30,433 bases of DNA from Tubiluchus corallicola. Its lineage: Eukaryota > Animalia > Priapulida. Below are positions 23,154-30,433 of the stretch, piece by piece (positions within the stretch are counted from its first letter, which is position 1; every line of letters starts with the position of its first letter). Under the pieces are notes generated by a model that did not search any database, had not been told where the DNA came from, and worked only from the letters and a program-made list of their open reading frames with translations. The position numbers were made by a program, and so were the translations under genes. The stretch spans positions 1-30,433 of the forward strand of contig JAQGDQ010001669.1 in NCBI GenBank assembly GCA_030141605.1, read 5' to 3'.

Positions 23154-23805
23154 CAAGTAATCTACCAGTAATAGTTATTGATATACGAAAGTACTACGCA
23201 GGATGTAATGTGCAAGACCTACAACTCTTTCGCACGGTACGGGATATCACAGTCGCTAAGGGCATGTTATAGTGTTGCATGACTAAGAGTTGGATTTCAA
23301 CGTTATGCAATTGTCAGTACTTGACCTTATGTATAAAGCCGTTATACTTTTGCAGTGCGTCAAGGTTATTCTCACCCTTCGGTTATTTTTACAACCATGC
23401 AACGTTGAATTATACGCGTATCATACTATATAAGAATTATACACCAACACTAAATTGTGCACGTATGTTCCATATAGTGTAAAGCACATCCATTCGTGGC
23501 AAATTTACATACCAATGACGACAACCTGGATACTTGATAAGTAAACAGGAAACACAGCCTAATTAAATTTGTTATAGTAAAGACCACTGAGTTTTATAAG
23601 AAACAGTGGTGCCAAAGAACTTGTACAGCTGAGTTACGTTATTGTACTAATTTGATGTTTGCCATATTCAGGAAGAAAACTTGACACACAACTTTAACAA
23701 AGTTAGAATTGTAGTAGCAGTAATAATAGAAAAGCACCGCAATAACTTTTATGATATTTTTATGCTTAATCGGATTGTTAAACTATTTTCTTCAAAAACC
23801 CAAAC

Positions 23806-24118
23806 AACAATCTCTTTCTAAATCACGTGGTCCATTCCAATTTGAAAGCAAGCTGTTTTCCCACCACAGACAATACAAGCGCGATTCAGATGCGTACTCT
23901 TAATGAGCTTAATGAAAGCATTTTTATTGCCACATCACATTATACGACCTGCCAGGAGAACAAGAAACACGATCTCTTTCCAAATCATGTGGTCCATTGC
24001 AACTTGAAAGCAAGTTGTTTTCCCACCACAGACAATACAATCCTGATTCAGATGCGTACTCCTAATGAGCTCAATGAGCTACATCACATTATACGACCTG
24101 TCTGGACAACAAAAAACA
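23806..24118. repeat. tandem duplication, 2 x about 162 bp, intronic
   Basis: atctcttt..aaatca.gtggtccatt..ttgaaagcaag.tgttttcccaccacagacaatacaa..acatcacattatacgacctg occurs twice (about 23810 and 23972); the second copy has a deletion of about 14 bp. Confidence 0.95.
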
Positions 24119-24146
24119 AGCTCCGGGGCGCTTAATTGCCTTCGTT

Positions 24147-24350
24147 TCACAAGAAGTGTGACATCCAAACGTCAATAAATTTTTCACCATATTCCATGGA
24201 TCGCTCACTGTCACTTCTTTCGAGTGTCCTTAGTGATTTTGTGAAACTGTGTGGGATGCCCATTCTTTGAGTTAAAACTGCGTACGGCGTATCAGTCTCG
24301 TTCCAGTCATCACATATCACCAAGTTATGCACAGCAGCACAGTTTGGTAC
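24147..24350 (-). pseudogene. possible THAP-domain remnant from a DNA transposon
   Basis: Across frameshifts: PNCAAV...NSKNGHPTQFHKITKDTRKK*Q*AI...DVWMSHF, resembling the THAP pattern MPxCxxxxC..FHxFP..RxxW..VCSxHF; key Cys and Trp residues are mutated. Confidence 0.3.
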
Positions 24351-24596
24351 CTTTTTTCACGGAACTTCGATTTCATTTGTCAGCCTTTACTGGCAGTTTT
24401 TAATGACAGTTATGTTTTACATAGAACATAGGCGTAGCTCACAGCCTCACGCGACTGATGTTTAAAGTACAACGATATGGTTTCTTTTCCCGATTTTTCT
24501 AACATAGTTATTGTTGGCCGCTCTATGGAGCTTGGGTTTATATTAACATTATAAGTTACGATTCTAGAAATATAGTACTTTATTTCTACAGAGAGA

Positions 24597-24800
24597 TTTT
24601 TTTACCCGCGAGCATCGCGGATGAAAGAGAACTCATGCAATGAATTAAAGTTTTGTTTGGCATCCAGTTTTAGGCATCGACTCCTAACATTGATTAACCC
24701 GAAAACTCTAACATGTTTAGTCACGAAACTTGCAGAGTACACACTTACGGTTGGGACTCGATTAGGAGATGATTGAAATAAGCTGAAATTTTTCATGGCC
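24597..24800 (-). mobile_element. HINE/DINE-like fragment
   Basis: T run followed by hairpin CCGCGA-GCA-TCGCGG (24606-24620), and core-like tcacgaaacttgcagag. Confidence 0.4.
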
Positions 24801-26819
24801 CCAGATAATACCCAACATGTAAAAACTAGGACAAACTGCTCAGTTACACTTAATCAGACATAACCAAGTATAAACACACTCGTGCACGCAGATTTGGATC
24901 TGAATTCGTTCAGTCTGTCAAGTAATAAATACGGTCAAGCTCGCGGATTTGAATCTGGATTCATTCAAACTTGTTTACAGACAACTAGACAAATCATAAG
25001 TAATTATACACTTTGCTGCATATACCCTACTGATGACAAGCTCTTGGAAGTAATAACATCTTTTGAAAATAGTAATTTTCGTAATAGTGGTCTGCCCTTA
25101 ATAAAACAGAAATTATAAAGTCAGTTTATTAACGATAATCACAAAACTCATTATAGACAAGATCACTTAATGTATGCATCATGCGCGTATAAAATTACAT
25201 TAAGCAAGTGTATGAAGAAACAGCGATAAGGTACAGGAGGCATGATAAAAATGTAATTAGCCATATTTGTCCGAACAGTGGTTCTTAGTAATCCAAATAA
25301 CACAAAGAACACCAATTCAGTATGTGACAAAACGTGTGCCGGCGAAGTCTTTTACTGAGGTATGTGTCACGGGGAATTAAAAGGCGAGTAAAGAAGCCAC
25401 TTGAGTTAAGGTTCCGGGCACTAACGTTTAAGGTCCAAGTATTGGATTTAGTATTATTTCACAAAGTCAGAGCAAATTAATGTTTACTCTGTAAAAGAGA
25501 TAATTTCAAAGAAATTGATGGCATGTACACTATTGTAAAAGAGAAATATAGTTGCAACAGAAGTTCGAAAATAAACTTTCATTGATTTGGATGCCATAGT
25601 GTAGTGTGGTTGTTACAGTTCTGATATGACAAACTAAGCATGAATATTAATGTTGAAACCGAAACGCGAATTAATGCACACTTTTCAAATGCCTATAGTT
25701 AGTGATGAAAGTTTAAGAAGGTTTAGAAGAAACAAAAAAATCAAGAGGTCTTCAGTAAGTCAGGTACCGGCATGAAATTTAAAGAAGAAAGTGAACAGTC
25801 GACTGAATACAAAACAACGTAGGTTGAAATGGTGCGTTTGTTGTAATGTAAGCCTGTATGATAAAGTACATACACAATGTACATAGACAAATTTATTCGC
25901 AAATTTTTGAAGTTTTTTTAAATACTTACGATACACTAGTAAACAAAATACTGCTTTATGGTTTCAGTGAATGTGATGCACTCCACCTTTAGGCATCTTT
26001 TGACTGCAAATATCTTGCAGAGATTATTTTTAAGAAATTTAATTTAATTTAGTGATTCTGCTAATGGACAGCTTATCAAAAAAACTTTTCTCGTTATTAC
26101 GATTGATATTTTGTAACTTTTAGAACTCGACTCCGGGGTAATCAGATGTGCTTTAAAAGCGTTTTGACAGATTAACTGACTTGGCGACATGGGAGATGAA
26201 GAAAGTTAGAAAAGAACGTGGCATCTTATTATTATATCAAAACATTGAAGAGCGCAGTTGGACTTCGTATTCAACAGTATCACGGTTAGTATCCTGAAAT
26301 AGCTCCCCGTGCATGGATTCATCATTTACGTTCGAGGATTTTCTCTGAATCAAAGTAACAATAAGCGCGATGAGATGAACATTAAAACAATTAGAGTAGG
26401 AAGGCTTGTGACTCTTAAAAGCTTCTTACCAGGTTAATTGGCTTTTAGAGTTTGCCAACTGCACTATAAAAAGCGCACAAAGTTGTATAGATAACTGAGT
26501 TTACTACCTAACTGTGGAAGTTGACAGACTTCACGGTTCCAAGTAAGACTTATCAGAAAATTAATCAGGAATTCCATTTTCAACGGCCATATAATTAACG
26601 GTCGTAATCAAAGGTTTTAATGTCATACTTAGTTCCAACTCAGTGCAGTTCTCTTCTTAATTTATCACAAATTTCGTCACAAATGTGTTCAACTTCAAAC
26701 AAAATCACGTATCTATCAGACATTCGGGAGTATTATGGCGGAGAGAATACAGATGTTTTAACTAGAAGATCATTTCAAGTTATGGCAACATCTTTTTTCA
26801 TTATTATCATCATCACCTC

Positions 26820-26829
26820 CAACAACAGC

Positions 26830-26865
<36 letters not shown>

Positions 26866-26897
26866 AACAACAATAACAACAACAACAACTATAACAA
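26820..26897. repeat. (AAC)n microsatellite
   Basis: About 25 AAC/AAT units; explains the poly-Asn ORF 26620..26991. Confidence 0.97.
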
Positions 26898-28425
26898 CTT
26901 GATCCTCATTAGCACTACTGTTAAAACCAAACCAGCCATCACCACACTAATGGCTAACATACTAACAAGTCATTCACGCAGACTGATGTGAGTACGAGAT
27001 TGACTATAATTATACTGATTACCCCGTAGGAACATCTCATGTTAACGACAAGTAAATTATTACCACGGGAGTTTGGTGTATACTACATGTAGTTTGGATG
27101 CGAAACTTCAAATCACAACTAACTGAGGTTCGAGGCAGTCTGAAATCTCGAAAACTCATCAGTCTCAAGCGATGCAATGCTTACTGAAAATAACTAACAT
27201 TACTACATGTGTACTACATGATGCATGACAATATTCTGCGAACGAAGACCTTAATTAGTTCTGTATAAGTTTAGCTGCAAAATATACGTCATATTTTTAA
27301 ACACACATAACACTGTTAGGGTATAAAATTATTATTAACTACAATGAAGGTGTATATAGTAAGGTTTAAGGCTTGCACTGATCAGATTCCTGTTTTTGTT
27401 TAGTGAGTTGCCTTGGCTAGACTTACAATCATTGCTGCTAAACATTGCTGCTCCTCCAGTGATACGATATAAGGCCTTTGTTAATGTGTCCCATTTTTAT
27501 TTTTAGACGAGCATTTGCAGCAAACTTATTATGAAACTTAAAATACAAAAATTATAAACATGCATCTCTGGCGGTTCATCGACCCATCTTGCAGAATTAT
27601 CTTTCATAATTAGCTTTATTCCGGCACAGCCACAACTATGTACAAAGTACATTACTGTAACCCTTTTAATCGAGGCTACATTCCAACATGTGGAGTACCA
27701 AGTGCATAAAAATGGTCTTCCTCCTTGTATGTGCAAACATTTCACATTTTGACGCTCTGTTCGAAAAAGAACTAAAGCTAAACTAGACTGCCTTTGTTTC
27801 ATCAGATACGGTGAAAAAAATCCTTTTCGGCAACTGAAAATATGAGATCAGATCTTAGCAAAACTACGCATCAGCATGCTGTGAATCAGCTGAAAACTAA
27901 CACTATAGTCCAGGTCACACAGAAGGTGCAAGGAACATGACGCAGGAATTGCTCTCACAAAAACTGAAAATTAGGAAAAAATCGACTTCTTTGTGAAAAG
28001 TCATGCAGCAAGAAATTTTATTTTACACTAAAACCGGTTTTTTCGCACGTCCAGCTAAATCAGTATTCAGTGATTTGCAGAGGTTTCAATTTACGCAAAT
28101 TACAATTACTAGGTTTTGTCAATAGTAGGCCTTATCACTAACCACTTCGCAGTTTTTGTTAACAAAGATACATACTAATTCTGTGCATATGTTATTTATT
28201 CGTTTTTACGAATATAACAAGTGTTGTGTTACCACAATAACAAAATTATTTTATAATAAAGTAGATTAAAACTTGTACTTTTTGCAATTTCTACTTACAT
28301 AATGTAATTGTAATTTATTATCCACTTCAGCATTATATAATTTTACGCTACAATTTGCCTTATTGTTCTAAAACTATTATGTGTTACAATTAGAAAAAAC
28401 TTACAAATATCGTTACAATACCCTA

Positions 28426-28628
28426 AAAATGGAATGTATTGCCGACCGGTTTCGAGCAAAACTGTTCATTATCAAGGCATCAAAAACAAAGAAATGTACC
28501 AGAACTTAGAAACAACATCCAAATACAATTAAGTAGCTAATAACCAACAGATATAAATTCTGGTAAATTTCTTTGTTTTAGATAATGAACAGTTTTGTTC
28601 GAAATCGACCGGCAATAAATTCTATTTT
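28426..28628. mobile_element. Penelope-like element terminal repeat in inverted arrangement
   Basis: Arms of about 75 bp (28426-28504 and 28558-28628) are reverse complements around a spacer of about 50 bp. Each arm has a hammerhead-like motif followed by AATAAA/AATACA. Confidence 0.7.
28440..28479 (-). ncRNA. minimal type I hammerhead ribozyme motif (U3-A8 core variant)
   Basis: UGCC-UUGAUAA-U-GAACA GUUU UGCUC-GAA-ACCGGU-C-GGCA. Stem I UGCC/GGCA, core UUGAUAA, stem II with one mismatch, GAAA, palindromic stem III ACCGGU, GUC cleavage triplet. Confidence 0.7.
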
Positions 28629-30183
28629 GATGTAGTTACAATTATTTGCCTAATATGGATAATTTAATAGTTTACTACATTAATATGGTAGCCACATAAT
28701 AGTTTATCAACGAGAAATAGATATCGTATGGTGGCTAAGAAGAAAAGCTTGTGAAACCAGCCAGGAACTTTCCTCGAGAAATTCTGCCCCACCTAATCTG
28801 TGCGAAATGGGCTTAATGCTCTATATGGCCAAAACATACTCTAACGCGCGATCAATTTTACCTTTAATGAATTAACCTTTAATGTTAATTAATGAATTAA
28901 CAATTAACCCCTAATGAATCGATTTTAATGTGAGCATGCACTGTTTTTTTAACAGTGATAAGCTGTCATTTCTGTCGCATTTCAAAGGATTTGTCGAGAT
29001 GGAATTCGAGTTTCAGCGCTATGAGTGATTTGAAAGAAATCGTGTTTGTGGTTGCCCATTTCTGGTCATTTAAATTTTTGTTGTTTGCTGCTTACTCTTT
29101 ATTTTTTGTGAAAAATTTAGATTAGCGACAACGATGACGTAGCTGGTACCTACAAATTCAACGTGGCGTCAACAATGATAACAATGACAAAAGGATGACA
29201 ATGTTGTTTATAATGTCGCAGTAATGTCACGTCAAAATGAAAACCGGAAGCAAATATTTGTATAACACTGTATGCTATTCGCCGACTGTAATTAATTCAA
29301 AATGACAGTATATCTGTAAATTGTAACAATCATTTTATTATTGTCAATAATCTTTTTGTTTAGGGAATTCCTAGAGAAGACTAGCATCACACTTTTACTG
29401 CATCGCGACGTGCGAACTGATTTTCATGTGTCGACGATCTTTGAAATAAATATGGCTGTAATAAGTTACGGAATCAGAATTGCTATCACCTTCAAACGCC
29501 AGCAGCCTTGGGGACACTGATATTAAACTGCAAATTAATTACGTTTGGAAGTCTGCGCCGTCCGAGCTTAGTAAATATTTCTAATGCAATTCATTAAACC
29601 AAACCAAGGATTCGATTCCTCAGCTTAATCCAATTGTACATCGAGCTGATTTATTTTCCAATTGTGTCATGCTAAACATGGTCATATTCAAAGTAAAAAG
29701 TAAAAAGGTGAGACGAAAAACGAGATCCATAATGGTTTTTCGAGCAGGCCAACTTCAAATAATTTTTATCCTTACGTTCATCAGTACTCGGGGCTTTCAC
29801 GTAAATCCCATTTACACTACAGAGAAGATGCGAGACGCGTCCATGATGATTTTTTTTAACACATTCATTGACTAAATCCACTTGTACTCCTCAAACTTTG
29901 CAAAAGATGTTGGACATTTTAAATGACTGGTGTTTGAAATGCAAAACGAAAATTAAGGAGAGGAACTAGTATTCTGAGGTCAGACTTTGGTTTTAAATGT
30001 GGAGTATATAGTATAAAATTGGCTGACAACTACAGGATTTCTTGGGCTTGTGGAATTCTTGGATTATCAGAATATTGCTACAGTAGTGTCACAGTTAGCA
30101 ACTAGGGCCTTTGGCTTGGTAATAGCTGAATGTAAAGCTCGTGATGGACTTCCTTGTCATTGCATTTCTGATCTATTTCAGTG

Positions 30184-30433
30184 TAGTCGGACCTGGGGAA
30201 CCCATTTCTGTCAAAAATGACTCCCATTTTCAAAATGGCCGCTACGTGATAACGAAATAATGCCGATCATGCAGTTACATTAAACGTTTCATCATAAAAT
30301 TCATTATACACAACAGAAAAACAACGAGTTGGATCTTGTTGCATCAAGACAGCTGCTATACTAGCCCCAAAATAATGCAAAGCGATTCAAACAGCTCAAT
30401 AAGTAGAAAGCAAAATGGCCGACGGGATCCATA
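30184..30433 (+). mobile_element. left end of a possible Academ-type element, running off the window
   Basis: Starts TAGTCGG and has a repeated CAAAATGGCCG motif (about 30231 and 30411); the other end is not visible. Confidence 0.4.

Noticed and set aside
23827-24135. 102-aa ORF with an internal repeat
   Set aside because: Product of the 162-bp (multiple of three) tandem duplication; GTG start, antisense intronic
25030-25053. Second hammerhead (CTGATGA-CAAG ct CTTG-GAAG)
   Set aside because: GAAG instead of GAAA, a 2-nt loop, and no stem I or III pairing; other CTGATGA hits (about 15792, 20563, 27156) also lack the fold
26620-26991. 123-aa poly-Asn ORF
   Set aside because: Open mainly because of the (AAC)n microsatellite; no domain signal; antisense within the GPCR intron
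22916-30433. Upstream GPCR exon encoding TM1-TM2
   Set aside because: No minus-strand frame with GN and LxxxD motifs was found by eye (ORFs 27503..27802 and 29672..29881 do not fit); probably beyond the window, though a short exon could have been missed

Overview
AT-rich, repeat-dense eukaryotic DNA, most likely from an invertebrate animal; no prokaryotic features. The only intact host coding sequence is the last exon (TM3 to stop, 22014-22897, minus strand) of a class A neuropeptide GPCR that resembles ecdysis-triggering-hormone receptors. I did not find its 5' exon(s) in the window. The rest is intron and intergenic DNA filled with decayed mobile elements. The most unusual is a minus-strand LTR element remnant. 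It reads candidate 5' LTR (10041-10905), tRNA-Lys-like primer-binding site, then within about 100 bp a decayed baculovirus-F/errantivirus-type envelope gene (signal peptide, RFKR furin site, fusion peptide, TM anchor), with no gag or pol in between. A Penelope-type inverted repeat in the GPCR intron carries a minimal type I hammerhead ribozyme with a U3-A8 core variant (28440-28479). Other elements are an AcademX-like XPG/Cys-finger transposase pseudogene, a non-autonomous Helitron, hAT-, Kolobok- and Harbinger-like MITEs, Helentron/HINE-like fragments, two local tandem duplications and several microsatellites. All family assignments come from reading motifs by eye and have not been checked against databases.
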